This document shows, piece by piece, positions 12,323 to 25,866 of a DNA stretch of 64,000 nt. The DNA lies in the NCBI RefSeq assembly GCF_039654945.1, contig NW_027361739.1:2232001-2296000 (forward strand), read 5' to 3'. Source of the stretch: Dendrobates tinctorius. Lineage: Eukaryota. Under the pieces are notes generated by a model. It did no database searches and had not been told where the DNA came from. It saw only the letters and a list, made by a program, of their open reading frames with translations. The position numbers were made by a program, and so were the translations under genes. How positions within the stretch are numbered: position 1 is the first letter of the stretch; the number at the start of each line of letters is the position of its first letter.

Positions 12323-13907
12323 CAGTGCCTACAAGTAGTATTCAACCCCCTGCAGATTTAGCAGGTTTGATAAGATGCAAATAAGTTAGAGCCTTCAAAC
12401 TTCACACAAGAGCAGGATTTATTAACAGATGCATAAATCTTACAAACCAAAAAGTTATGTTGCTCAGTTAAATTTTAATAAATTTTAAACATAAAAGTGT
12501 GGGTCAATTATTATTCAACCCCTAGGTTTAATATTTTGTGGAATAACCCTTGTTTGCAATTACAGCTAATAATCGTCTTTTATAAGACCTGATCAGGCCG
12601 GCACAGGTCTCTGGAGTTATCTTGGCCCACTCCTCCATGCAGATCTTCTCCAAGTTATCAAGGTTCTTTGGGTGTCTCATGTAGACTTTAATCTTGAGCT
12701 CCTTCCACAAGTTTTCAATTGGGTTAAGGTCAGGAGACTGACTAGGCCACTCCAACACCTTGATTTTTTGCCTCTTGAACCAGGCCTTGGTTTTGTTGGC
12801 TGTGTGCTTTGGGTCGTTGTCTTGTTGGAAGATAAAATGACGACCCATCTTAAGATCCTTGATGGAGGAGCGGAGGTTCTTGGCCAAAATCTCCAGGTAG
12901 GCCGTGCTATCCATCTTCCCATGGATGCGGACCAGATGGCCAGGCCCCTTGGCTGAGAAACAGCCCCACAGCATGATGCTGCCACCACCATGCTTGACTG
13001 TAGGGATGGTCTTCTTGGGGTCGTATGCAGTGCCATCCAGTCTCCAAACGTCACGTGTGTGGTTGGCACCAAAGATCTCGATCTTGGTCTCATCAGACCA
13101 GAGAACCTTGAACCAGTCTGTCTCAGAGTCCTCCAAGTGATCATGAGCAAACTGTAGACGAGCCTTGACATGACAGTAAAGGTACCTTACGGGCTCGTCT
13201 GGAACGGAGACCATTGCGGTGGAGTACGTTACTTATGGTATTGACTGAAACCAATGTCCCCACTGCCATGAGATCTTCCCGGAGCTCCTTCCTTGTTGTC
13301 CTTGGGTTAGCCTTGACTCTTCGGACAAGCCTGGCCTCGGCATGGGAGGAAACTTTCAAAGGCTGTCCAGGCCGTGGAAGGCTAACAGTAGTTCCATAAG
13401 CATTCCACTTCCGGATGATGCTCCCAACAGTGGAGACAGGTAGGCCCAACTCCTTGGAAAGGGTTTTGTACCCCTTGCCAGCCTTGTGACCCTCCACGAT
13501 CTTGTCTCTGATGGCCTTGGAATGCTCCTTTGTCTTTCCCATGTTGACCATGTATGAGTGCTGTTCACAAGTTTGGGGAGGGTCTTAAATAGTCAGAAAA
13601 GGCTGGAAAAAGAGATAATTAATCCAAACATGTGAAGCTCATTGTTCTTTGTGCCTGAAATACTTCTTAATACTTTAGGGGAACCAAACAGAATTCTGGT
13701 GGTTTGAGGGGTTGAATAATAAATGACCCTCTGAATAAACTTTTCACAATTTAAAAAAAATTAAACAGAGAAATAACATTCTTTTTTGCTGCAGTGCATT
13801 TCACACTTCCAGGCTGATCTACAGTCCAAATGTCACAATGCCAAGTTAATTTCCGAATTGTAAACCTGCTAAATCTGCAGGGGGTTGAATACTACTTGTA
13901 GGCACTG
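12323..13907 (-). mobile_element. Full-length Tc1 transposon (DD34E) with one frameshift
   Basis: Perfect 46-bp TIR cagtgcctacaagtagtattcaaccccctgcagatttagcaggttt; TA TSD on both sides; inner direct repeats tattcaacccc (~12512) and ggggttgaata (~13708). Confidence 0.97.
12528..13542 (-). pseudogene. Tc1 transposase split in two frames near 13170
   Basis: The N-terminal ORF MGKTKEHSKAIRDKIV...RARKVPLLS continues in another frame as HVKARLQFA...WSDETK...QQDNDPKH...[10 protein letters not shown]...STKY*. D-E spacing is 34. Confidence 0.95.
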
Positions 13908-15064
13908 TACATGCCAAACCGAGGGTGCATATGTTTGGGGGGGGGGGGGGGGGGGGGGTCATGAGAGAGAGCCGTCAGCCCAAAAGTGCCCATAAACCTT
14001 ACATAGTAGTCAGATAAAAAGTCTTTGGCCAACAGCTATCCCTTTTTATTGTTGCGCCCATTCACAACAATTAACCAATAGATGGTACCAGAAGATGGCC
14101 GGCTTGTCCCACCAGAGCCGACATGTTTGGCCGATATTAATTTTACGTATTTGGGTGCCTTTAGTTCCCAAGTCACTAACTGATAAAAAGAACAGTGCAT
14201 GGACACCTAATTCCGACTTGCAAAAATTACAGTTATTTAAAAACCCCCAAAACATGAAAAAAAAAAACAAAACCTGGAGAAATGCTAATGCTTGTGTTGT
14301 GCAGTGAATACATTTAGTCTGGAATTTTTATGACTCCATATTCATGAAATGAATCCATTCAGTGTTATGCGCTCGGTCTTGCTCTGTACTTTTAGTACAA
14401 AATTGCAGAGTGTCGTTTAAAAGAAAGGAGGCGCAGATGGGGAGCGAACGTCTCCCAGGAGAGTAAAGAGCACTGAGGTCACATACTTAAAAATTAAACA
14501 ACTGGCTATTTCTTTGCATACCGACTCCCCAGCGATGTCCTGGGTAACCTTGAGACTTGTAGAAAACGAGATGTCTGCTCTGTTTACAGGCAAACAGTAT
14601 TAAAGCCTGACAACTGTGTGCATAAAACATGTATGAATGTAACACGTCCCCGCTGCTGGGGTGGGAGACAACATCGCTTTGGGGATACAACAATATACCC
14701 TTCACTCCTTTTACCAAGCTGACTTAGGATTGCAGGGGAGACCTTCTAAAAATCAGTTTTACCATGCAAAATTAAGATCGACCCATTGTCTGAAGTGTAT
14801 GATGACCTCCCGACTGCCCACCGACAGACGTCAGGTAGTGCAGGGACCGGTGCTTGGAGATCAATCGCCCAATCCTTGATTCTAGAAGCGGCTCTCTAAA
14901 GGAGAAGACTGGAAACCTTGGATGATCGTTCCTGTATATGGAGTGAAGAATAGATCTTTGAATGACCTCTTTTTACTAGACATTTCCCATGATTCCGGAG
15001 AAGATCCCTCTTCTGATGAGGATTATATGAGTAATAGGATATATGGAATACAATTGCTGTGATA

Positions 15065-15339
15065 TGACCACATGCTTTATGCATCTATTAGCCCTCTGTG
15101 TCTGTACTGTTACACACTTAACATTATGGCTGATCCAAACAATCAGGGCAATTGTTACCACCCACCTTTTGTGTGTCCCCTTTTTCCCTCATAGATTGTA
15201 AGCTTGCGAGCAGGGCCCTCATTCCTCTTGGTATCTGTTATAATCTATGTGATTGTTATGCTGTAATGTCTATCGTCAGTATAAGTCCCCTCTGAAATGT
15301 AAAGTGATGCGGAATATGTCGGCGCTATAGAAATAAAAT

Positions 15340-15373
<34 letters not shown>
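15065..15373 (+). mobile_element. L2 LINE 3' UTR fragment with (TTA)n tail
   Basis: Nearly identical to 17965-18297 and to the reverse complement of 43978-44280. Confidence 0.88.
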
Positions 15374-15375
<2 letters not shown>

Positions 15376-15783
15376 GACAACTCCTTTCAGATTCCATCTA
15401 TGTACCAAGAAGCTGGCTAAAAAAAAACCTTGATCCTTTGTTGCAGGGGGTTGTTATTTTTTATTCATATGTGCGTGGTTCAGAAACGCAGCACACGGAA
15501 GCAACGCGGACATATGTGTACCATTTGCTTTAAACTTGAACCCATTCAATAGACAAGAAGGCACCACACGAAAAAAAATGCGTCCCCAGCACATGTGGAA
15601 AATAAATGGATGTGTCAATTAGGTCTTGTTCAGATGCCCAAATTTTTGGTCAGCGTGCTCACTGACTAATGAAAGTTAATGAGGAAGTGCACAAGAGGAA
15701 TTTTTTACTTGAACTGGCAATTTGTTTAGAAAAAAGTTGCATCATGCGCTAGTCTGGCCTATTTACTGTACAAAATATTGTAG

Positions 15784-15995
15784 TAACAGGCAGCTCTTGC
15801 ACCTATCTGCCATGCGGACACGCTACCTTGGGCATATAATAGCACCTGCACCTATCCATAGTGTGGACGAGCTACCTTTGGCATGTAACAGCAGGCAGCT
15901 CCTGCACCTATTCGCCATGTGGACGAGCTACCTTTGGCATGAAACAGCCGGCAGCTCCTGCATTTATTTGCCATGTGGACGAGCTACCGTAGGCA
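15784..15995. repeat. Degenerate ~50-bp tandem repeat, about 4 copies
   Basis: Recurring ggcagctcctgcacctat..gccatgtggacgagctacctttggcat. Confidence 0.8.
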
Positions 15996-16479
15996 ACACC
16001 CATACACATTTGATGTAAGCAGACCCTGCAGACAAGCATATAATTTGAAAGGACATCTTTAACTAACCATACATTAAGAGGAATCTGTCAGCAAAACATG
16101 ATGATCAAACCAAGTACAGAAGCTCAGAGCACTCTTGCAGTGGCCAAACAGTTCAGTGACATTTCTACTGATTTGCTTTGCATTTCTCTCCTCCCTGCCC
16201 TAGCACATATAAAGCCAAAGCTATCAATCAAGAAAGAAAAAAATCGGAAATAGATGGAAAACAAGAGAGTGGGAAAGTGCACTCAGCGGTACTGCCACAA
16301 TGAGGGGGTCTCAGGGTGACTGTGCCTTGTTTGAACAGTCATTTTATGGCGGCAGGATCACTTTAATGTCTGGTTAGGTAAAAGTGGGCATACAAAATTA
16401 TAGACTTATCTGTACATACTGCTGACACTGGGAGTGGGTGACCATTATATGCTTTGATCAAGTAAAATATTTAACCTCT

Positions 16480-18267
16480 CTCTCTCTTCTGGTATCTTTC
16501 CCTCCTTATTTAAGCATGCCATCATACATCCACTACTTAAAAAACCATCCCTCGACCAAAACTGTGCCGCTAACGATAGACCTGTCTCTAATCTTCCCTT
16601 CATCTCTAAACTCCTGGAACGCCTGGTCCACTCCCGTCTGATCCGCTATCTCTCTGATAACTCTCTTCTCAACCCTCTCCAATCCGGTTTCCGCTCTCTA
16701 CACTCTACTGATCCTCCCTCTATAAAGTCTCTAATGATCTACTAACAGCTAAATCTATCGGTCACTACTCCATGCTAATTCTCTTGGATCTCTCTGCAGC
16801 ATTCGACACTGTGGATCATCAGCTCCTCCTCACTATGCTCTGCTCCATCGGCATCAAGGACACCGTTCTCTCCTGGTTTTCCTCCTATCTCTCTGACCGC
16901 TCCTTTACTGTATCTTTTGCTGGCTCCTCCTCCTCTCATCTTCCCCTTACTGTTGGGGTTCCTCAAGGATCGGTTCTAGGCCCCCTCCTCTTCTCCTTGT
17001 ACACTGCCCCTATTGGTCAAACAATCAGTAGATTTGGTTTCCAGTACAATCTCTATGCTTATGACACCCAATTATACGCTTCTTCTCCTGACATCACGCC
17101 AGCCTTTCTAGAAAACACCAGCGATTGTCTAAAGACTGTGTCTAACATCATGTCCTCACTATATCTGAAACTGAACCTGTCAAAGACTGAACTCCTTGTG
17201 TTTCCTCCCTCAACTAATGCACCTATACCCGACAATGCTATTTCCGTGTGTGGTTCCACTATTACTCCCCAGCAACATGCCCGCTGTCTTGGGGTCATAC
17301 TTGACTCCGAGATTTCATTCACCCCCCACATCCAATCACTGGCTCGCTCTTGTTATCTGCATCTCAAAAACATTTCTAGAATTCGACCTTTTCTTATCTT
17401 TGACTCCGCAAAAATTCTTACTGTTTCTCTTATTCATTCTCGTCTGGACGACTGTAACTCTCTTCTAATCGGTCTCCCTCTTACCAAACTTTCCCCCCTC
17501 CAATCTGTCTTGAATGCTGCAGCCAGGATCATATTCCTCGCCAATCGTTACACCGATGCCTCTATCTTGTGCCAGTCATTACACTGGCTACCCATCCACT
17601 CCAGAATCCAGTACAAACTTATTGCCCTCACCCACAAAGCACTCCATGGCTCAGCACCACCCTACATCTCCTCCCTTGTTTCAGTCTACCACCCTACCCA
17701 TGCCCTCCGTTCTGCTGATGACCTGAGGTTAGCATCCTCGATAATCAGAACCTCCCGTCTCCAAGACTATACACGTGCTGCGCCAATTCTTTGGAATGCA
17801 CTACCCAGGTCAATACGAGTAGTCCCCAATCCCTACAATTTTAAGCGTGCCCTGAAAACTCATTTATTCAGACTGGTCTACCGTGCCTCAACACATTAAC
17901 CTAATCTATCCCTGTGTGGCACAGCCAAAAGTTTTACCATAACCAGGTTCACCGTATCATGTTCCCACATGCTCTGTGTATCCATTAGCCCTCTGTGTAT
18001 CCATTAGCCCTCTGTGTCTGTACTGTTACACACTTAACATTATGGCTGGTCCAAACAATCAGGGCAATTGTTAACACCCACCTTTCGTGTCTCCCCTTTT
18101 TCACTCATAGATTGTAAGCTTGCGAGCAGGGCCCTCGTTCCTCTTGGTATCTGTTATGATCTATGTGATTATTGTTATGCTGTAATGTCTATCGTCTGTA
18201 CAAGTCCCCTCTGAAATGTAAAGTGCTGCGGAATATGTCGGCGCTATAGAAATAAAATTTATTTTTA

Positions 18268-18297
<30 letters not shown>
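16480..18297 (+). mobile_element. L2-clade LINE, 5'-truncated
   Basis: RT motifs [34 protein letters not shown] and LHWLPI; 3' UTR followed by a (TTA)n tail. Confidence 0.93.
16772..17899 (+). pseudogene. L2 ORF2 reverse transcriptase fragment (catalytic YADD mutated to YAYD)
   Basis: 375-aa open fragment reads NLYAYDTQL where the sister copy near 45190 reads HLYADDTQL. Confidence 0.88.
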
Positions 18298-18298
<1 letters not shown>

Positions 18299-19069
18299 AA
18301 GTAGCTGTCATCTGGCAAGGGGTCTATACATTGTATAAACTAATGGATAAAAGGCAGGAAAGACTTCATACTATGCAGCATGGAAGGAACCAAAGGAAGG
18401 GAGGAGACAGAAAATAGTCAAATACCAGGAAACATTTCAAAAAAGTCCATAGAATGAAAGGTTCATGCTCAGAGTCTGGATTAGTCGTAGGGATCATGGT
18501 TGCTGCCCACCAAAAGGAACACAAAAAAATCCCACAAGGCTAGATACAAAGGTTTGCTAAATGGGAGTGAGAATAGAATAACTACAACTCTTTTTTAAGA
18601 GTATAATAAAGATGGAAACACACATACAAGGTCCAGTACCCATCTCAAGAGTCATCTGTATGTGCGGAAATATGTTATAAAACCAAAGGATAGCATTTTA
18701 TATAGTGGTTGCCAATCCGCTGCAAAACCATATTAGGATGCATTGAGAGCTGCAGCTTTCTGGGAGTTGTAGTTCTGCAACAGCTAAAGACCATAAATTG
18801 AAGAGCAGATGTACCGTAAATAGGGTAATTATGGCAGACATACTCAGACTTATGTATAATACAGCGAATACATGTAATACACATAGCAAATACAAATAAA
18901 ACCCGAACACTGCTAAAGAATAAACCACTTATCACATTAAAGTCCTCCAAAAGACAATGACATTTATCAATAGGCGCATGTAATACGGGAAACGATATTT
19001 CGGTCCAGAAACATAAAGACCACTTGATGTTGAGAATTCACACTCACACCCGAGTGTCCACACAGGTAG

Positions 19070-19490
19070 CAGTTCTTAAAAATCCAATAGACGGGTCATC
19101 ACAGCTGTCTTCCTTCCCATTTCTAAAACAGAATAGTTGAGGACGTTCTCTTCGGTAGTGGAAATAATTTGTAAAAATCCTTCCATAAAATGGATTTTAT
19201 TCTTACAAAAATATTTCTTTAAAATCACATAGAAGAATGGTCACCTGTCCAATACAGAGTTTCGCCTCTAGCTGCGAAGGCCCAGGAAGAAGCAGACAAG
19301 TGAAACTTGAAGTTAGTTGACCTGGAGAATGTTTTTATATGCTATTTTTAAGGAATTTTTTTGCTAGCAGAATAAAATCCCCTTTGCTGATGAAGTTTTG
19401 CTCATGGGTCTTCAGATTTGGGGGGACATATCCTAATTTTTTCTGCTTTAGGACGGGGCGATACATCAAAGAGCCCTGTGGATTTAAAAA
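19070..19490. mobile_element. Decayed inverted (fold-back) Penelope-like LTR pair with a degenerate hammerhead motif
   Basis: Arms ggattttattct..acaaaaa..tttaaaatcacata and tatgctatttttaagg..tttttgc..agaataaaatcc are reverse complements. The centre holds caggaagaagcagacaagtgaaac on one strand and gtttcgc on the other. Confidence 0.5.
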
Positions 19491-21222
19491 AAGACTGCAC
19501 TGGTCTACGTTTCTGGACTGGAAAGTCAAAGTTCTCATATTGTGCGCACCTAGTGACAAAAGAGAAAACATATGTACATTCATAAAGGTGTTTAATGGTT
19601 TATTGGGAGAAGGAGGCGCATACTCGGCACTGTAATTAACAAGACTCCTTTCTAAAAGTTGGGTCACTGCTGCGGTAAATTGCTAAATGACCTGCCGTAA
19701 AATCCAGCACTGAATTATAACTGCAGATATTTCTTTACCGACCTACAAATTACATTAAATAAAAGGTCTTTATTCGTTTTATAGTAGCTAGTTGGCCAAT
19801 ATCAATATCCATTTAGTGCAGTTGGGGTAATGGCACCCAGGGTGGGCTGCTGTCTGTATACTCGCTTGCTCCGTCGGTCTGCACGCTTTTCACTCTTGTT
19901 AGGAGCACTTCTCCAGCATCAGTGCTTGCGAGTCAGCACAACCATTAATTATTCATTACTAAACTGTCACTAATTTCCTCTCTTGCTTCACTTTGATGTG
20001 TTTTTCTGGAGCCTGCCAGTTCTCTTTAAGGAGCAGAAATGATATGAAGTGTAATCCTTTTCATCACCCCAGTCTACTCAGGATGGACAAAGCGGCAATA
20101 GGCATTTAACACTATATAGCACAGAACTAGCTTGTGCCTTTACCTCGGGCCTGTCACCCAATATGCTTTTAAGTGCACAAATCCATCATAAACCAGAGCA
20201 ACTAAACACCGAGCGGCTCTACAATAATGGCAACTCGGTACGATGGGATATTATTTGTATGCTCTCAAGTCACATTTACTGTCCAAGTGACTTCAATCAC
20301 CTGAAACCGTTCTCACCTTAATCCATAATGTCAGTGGGTAAACAGGAGATAAGCCCCATAGGATTGACACTTTGCCATTTACAAGACAGTCCACATAGCT
20401 AGGTGTGAATATGCCTTATGACTATTCTTTACATATGAGCGAATCTGGAAAGGTATGGTGCAGACCAGAAAAAATCTTGAATAATTCAATGCCATCTATA
20501 CACTTCCCTGTAAATGTAGTCCATTGCGTAAACAGCGGGAAATTCTCATCACACAGTAGCTGCGGTGCATGATGTAGGTCATGAGATATAGAGATATGCG
20601 CTTATTATACAATTACCGTATATAATACCCAAGGGACCCAACAAAAGTGACTATATATGAGAACACTTCTGGCAAAAGTTTGGCATTTGTGTTCAATTTT
20701 ACATCCTATGGGAATATACAGTATGCTTTAAAGGGTTTCTTTCATTTTCTATTTTCAGAAGCGCAGTGCTCCCCTGCCTCCTGCTTGTAGACAATGGGGC
20801 ACTGCGCTCCTCCCTCCTGCTTGTCGATGACGGGGCAGTGTGCTCCTGAAGTTTGACAGTTTGGGCAATAGCATGGTTGAGTCACTGGCCTGAACGCTGC
20901 ATTCTCTAATAGACAGATGTAGCTGGTAAGCTTCGTAACAAGCAGTACACTATAAAATAAAAAAAAATCATCAGTTCTTGAGAATTTTTAAAACAAGGTA
21001 AATTGCAAAGTTGCTTGATTTTTTTTTACATGCACTTTGCTGTTTTACCCATTTAAGAAGAAGAGACAAGCCCTTTCAGTGTGTCTGCATCTCTCAAACA
21101 ATTACTAATTGTGAGTAATGAAAATAATTTGCTACATACAATGTAATATACTGAAGGATGATAGCTTCATGGAGTATCTGTAATGATGTTTCCAAATTTG
21201 TCTACTGAAAGATGATCTACAG

Positions 21223-21414
21223 CAGTGTTTCCCAAACTCCATTCCTCACAGCCCCCAACAACTGAATTCTGGATTTTCTTAGTATTTCACAGGTGAAAGT
21301 ACCTGTGGCAATTTCTGATGCCTTGATAATAATTCCATCACCTGTGCAATACTAAAGAATTGCTAAATGCATGATGTGTTGGAGCCCCTGAGGACTGGAG
21401 TTTGCGAGAAACTG
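21223..21414. mobile_element. hAT-type MITE
   Basis: Ends cagtgtttcccaaactcc / ggagtttgcgagaaactg; 8-bp TSD atctacag / ttctacag. Confidence 0.75.
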
Positions 21415-22010
21415 TTCTACAGTATGATCGCCCGGGCTAAATTTGGTGAAAAATCCACAGATGTGCCAGAAAAGTGGTACTGTAATCTCATCTATATACT
21501 GCGGATTGGTTTTTTTTTTCAGATTTCACCCTTTGCAATGCATAAGGCAAGTCTGCAACAAAGTCTGTGACAAATTCCCATGTAACTCATGCAGACTTTA
21601 CATAAAATGTACTGCAAAATCTGCAGTGGAATTTATCTTCTCAATTTCTATACCATGGCGGCATGTGCTTAAATATCTTCAGCAGTGGCAGATGTGCCCT
21701 AGTGGAAGATTTGGAACATGGCCCCCACCTGCATTTTGGTCAGATGTATGGGATCTTGTAGCATAGCGTTCTAGATCCTATAAAGACATAAGTGTTCACC
21801 CCACAAGTAATAATGTCCCTGTCCTGGCTCTTTCTTGTAATAGTCTCCCTCATGCTATAACATTTTTCCCCATCCTGGGCTTCTTCCTGGCATAATGTTC
21901 CCATTCTCATCTGAGAAAGCATTTCCAGGTGAAATCGGCATCGGGGGGCCCCAATTCCGCACGGGCCTGGTTGCAGTTGCACCCTCTGTGACTGTGATAG
22001 TTATTCCTCT

Positions 22011-22437
22011 GATCGCTAGCGAGATCGCTAATGCGTCACCGATTTTGTGACGCGACAGCGATCTCGCTACATGTGACACATAGCAGCGACCGGCCACCCC
22101 GCTGGATATCGCTGATCGTGCTTGAATGTCCTGGGCTATTTTTTCATTGTCGGCGTCCTGCTGGCCAGCATGCATCGCTATATTTGACGCCGACGAGCGA
22201 CCTCGTTGGCGACGCAGAACTCAGGGACGCAGGCTGGAATTGTTCAGAATAGCTGCTATGTGACAACGCACCAGGGATCCTTACCAGGTCGTATCGTTGT
22301 CGGGATCGCTGGTGCGTCGTTGAAGAGATCTGACTGTTTGACGGCTTACTAGCGATCGTTTAGCGACGCACCAGCGATCCCTACAGGTCGCATCGTTGTC
22401 GGGATTGCTAGTGCGTCGCTATGTGAAACGGGACCCT
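22011..22437. mobile_element. Harbinger-type MITE (ATCGCT-rich family), left end truncated
   Basis: Same family as 1183-2100 and 34319-34712; right end gtgaaacgggaccct followed by tta. Confidence 0.75.
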
Positions 22438-25400
22438 TTAGGTCACAGCGTGGCTCCCTGCCCTGTTTCCCTGTATAATTGCACAGGATCCATAAAAGGT
22501 ACATCTGATCCTTTATTTGCACCTGTATCGGTCACTTGCCCTCAACAACTTAGATCCCTAGAACCAGTATTAAGAGAGGAGTATACGTAAACCTATCATT
22601 CATACCTCTCAATCAATACAACCTCCGCCTACCAAGACACTTTATGGTCTATCACAAATGGTCTCTGCTCTCGACCACAGCCTAAAGGTAATTAGACGAA
22701 AAGATTTTATTAGAAGAACGATGTACGCTAAGTCGACACCATCTCTGAGATTGGAGATGGTTTATTTTTACACAATTTCTAAAGTGATTCAGCGGTGGAA
22801 TAAGATGTGAGAACAGACTTTAAAGCTCACACCTCACTTTCCTTCATCTATGTAAGTGACACAATAAGACGAACCGCACGATTTACGGAATAAAGGCTCT
22901 TCGACGACGATGTATGTGGTCACAGATGATACAACATGTTCTTGGTTCAGGTTTCTGCTGATTTAATTCTGCAGGCATCTCTGGCTTCCTAACTTTCTGC
23001 CTAATAGATCTGGATATATTCCAGACCACTGCAGACCCAGAGTTGGTATAAAGCCTTGCAGCCTGAATGCAGGAAACCGTATTCCATTTTTTTAAATGAA
23101 AGATCAGCTTCTCAGCAAGGAGCAACAGCCCCTTTTCCTGGAACGACAAGGACCACATAAAGAAACGAGAACGAGACAAGCTTAATCGAACTATATAAAC
23201 TAATCCCGAGCCTGCAGAGGGTGACTAAGCAGTTTGTAGAAGGTCTGTGGAGGAAACAAAGAGTCCTCTCTTCCCTCCCTCCTTTCGTTTTCTGCCACCT
23301 TATTCAGAGGCGAAGATGAGGTGAGGGTTTTCGCAACTCATAGCTCTGCTCTCATAGCGGCTGAACAATATGTAACATTGAACCCGAGGAGGAGACTGCC
23401 ATAGACAGGAAGTGACTTCCACATTGGCCACGCGGAGAGAACAAAAACCTCAGCAATGGTGGTGTCATACAGCTCCGTGGCTCAGACTCTACACGTACGG
23501 AGATGTAGAGCCATGTCTTCTGCATATAAGGTCACTCCTGGGCATGAACTTGGATGCTCATACATAACAAGCAATCAATCAATGAAAAAAAAAATTATCA
23601 TAATACCCAGACACCTGAATCTGCAGCCATCATCACATTGCAGCATTTAATATTCATAGGATATGTATCCGCGGCTCTGGCCAAGATTTCAGATCGATCG
23701 AAAACATTCCCACATATATAATAGACAATCTAGAGATGAAGTGTAGCCTAAAAACAGCTCCTCTGCTCAGGAGAACCTGTACACATCAGCCAATGACCGA
23801 GAATCCTCAACTATTAAGGCTTTACCAGATAGCCCAAGATGTTGCTTGGGCCACACTAGTTGTGGTGCCAGGTAAAGATGGTGTAAATCAACTCACAAGA
23901 CACAGTCAAGAGGCCACAGATTATGGAGGGAACAATGGGAGCCACAAGAAATTCCTGCTCCTTCCCGACATCCGCAGCTCTTTTGATTATCCGTCTTGGT
24001 GAGATGTGTGACATACTGCAACAATGACATCACGCCAGGTCGGATAGTCAAAAGAGGACCCGGGGATGTCGTCAGGTAAGAGGTGGCTTGTAAGGCTTCC
24101 ATTCAAAGGCTACAAATTACAGACGTGGCCATGGGAGCAGGATTGGCCAACTGAACAACACCATCTCTTGGGACAGATTTTGCCAAAATGAACAATACTG
24201 CTCAATTTACATTTTGTCTCTTGAACTCCTTAGAAAACATTAAAAAAGTACAAAATAAGTCACGTATGTCGCTAAACTACAGATTTCTGCAGCCAGAAAA
24301 GCACTGTTCAGTGCAGCTTGTAATCACTTCTGTGAAAATGGACTCCCCAAATGAGCAGAACCAACAACCGAGGGGGGTCACCTCACTGGTGGGGCCATCC
24401 CGCACAATTTAAGAGTTGATATACAGTATATGATTCCCACATATACAGGCAATTCACTCAGCAAGTCCAAGAATTTTTAATGAGAATGAAAAAAGCACTG
24501 CCAAATGTCTGGCAGTGTTTTTTTCTTCTCTGGTGATAAAAGGATCAAGTGCAAATTCAGACTGCCCAGTCCCGCTCTTCTTTGGAACTTTTTAAGGAAA
24601 GCTCATTCATGGACAGAAAGACCGCTCAAACCCAGCATTCTCTGCCTGCTGTAATCTTCTGATGAGCATAATTGAATACCACTCACGTGTTTTGAGGTTT
24701 AATACATTCAATGGTGAATAGCTTAAAAGTCACATTAGCCGGCTACATAGAGCTAAGGATCTGCAGAACAGATGCCATTAACCACAGGATCCATCTATTT
24801 AGAGGGACTGGATGCAGCTCACACAAATCTGTGATAGACAAATGAGGGGAAGGTCCCTGAATCCCGTGACACTTACCCCATCATGTCTACACAAACGGTG
24901 GGTGTAACGGTAGTTGGGGTCAATACACAGCATGATGCCCAAGAGGACTGTATTATGCAGACAGCTCACACCATCAGTAAATCATGTAAAGCTGGTAGAG
25001 ACTTGTTAACCTTGAAAATCTGTTTTCATTTTGCTTTTTTTAATTTTGTTTCTCGAGAAGCTAAAAGATGCCTTTAAGTTGCAGAATCGGCCAGATAATA
25101 TGCATTGGAGATGTCTTGGCTCTCTAAATTGACTCCGTGACATCCATTTGTAATGGATCAAGTATTTTTTTTTTGTTTAAATGGATCGGATACAGAGTAA
25201 AAACGGATGCAAAATGGAAATCAAAGTTTCAGTCTGTTTTCGAAGTTACACTTTGGTTTCGGCTTTGCATCTGTTTTTCCTCTGTAACTGCTGCCTTTTC
25301 TTCTAGAGAGCTCTCTAATCACCTCCAGTGTTCAGGTTATAGGTACTGATAAAAAAAAAAGATCTGTTAAAGGTCGATAGTCGGTAATAATTTGTTTACC

Positions 25401-25866
25401 AAAAACTTTGATTAAAAAAATATAGATCCAAATCGCTATCTGTTTGGCAAAATACATTTTTTGATCCAGCTAACAAAAACTGATAGCAGCTGGAATGAAG
25501 AAAAGTTAAAGAAATTCAAACGAATGGATCCTAGACTTAAGCATTTTATTTCCATTTTTACGATCCCCAAATGTATCCAAAAATGAAGTTTACTCATTTG
25601 CATGTGATCTTGGTCCCTACACTCAATACTTCTGCATGCTGGCAGAGTTCGGATCAATTAGTGCGGCATTGTGACTTTCATTGTATAGATCCAAACAGTG
25701 ACCAACTGACCTCACCATTGCTACGCTTGTTCACATGTTCAGTAATTAGTCAGTATTTCATATCAGTATCTGTAAGCCAAAACCAGGAGTGGGTGATAAA
25801 TCCAGAAGTGGTGACGGGTTTCTATTATACTTTTCCTCTAATTGCGCCTCTTCTGGTTTTGTCTTA

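Noticed and set aside
13936-13958. Poly-G tract (and poly-C at 6813-6832) as functional G-quadruplexes
   Set aside because: Simple homopolymers in repeat-derived sequence; lengths are unreliable and there is no evidence of function.
23600-24180. Possible ancient Tc1 remnant (gatttcagatcgatcgaaaacatt, resembling PDLNPIEN)
   Set aside because: Too degenerate; no TIRs or further motifs can be supported by eye.
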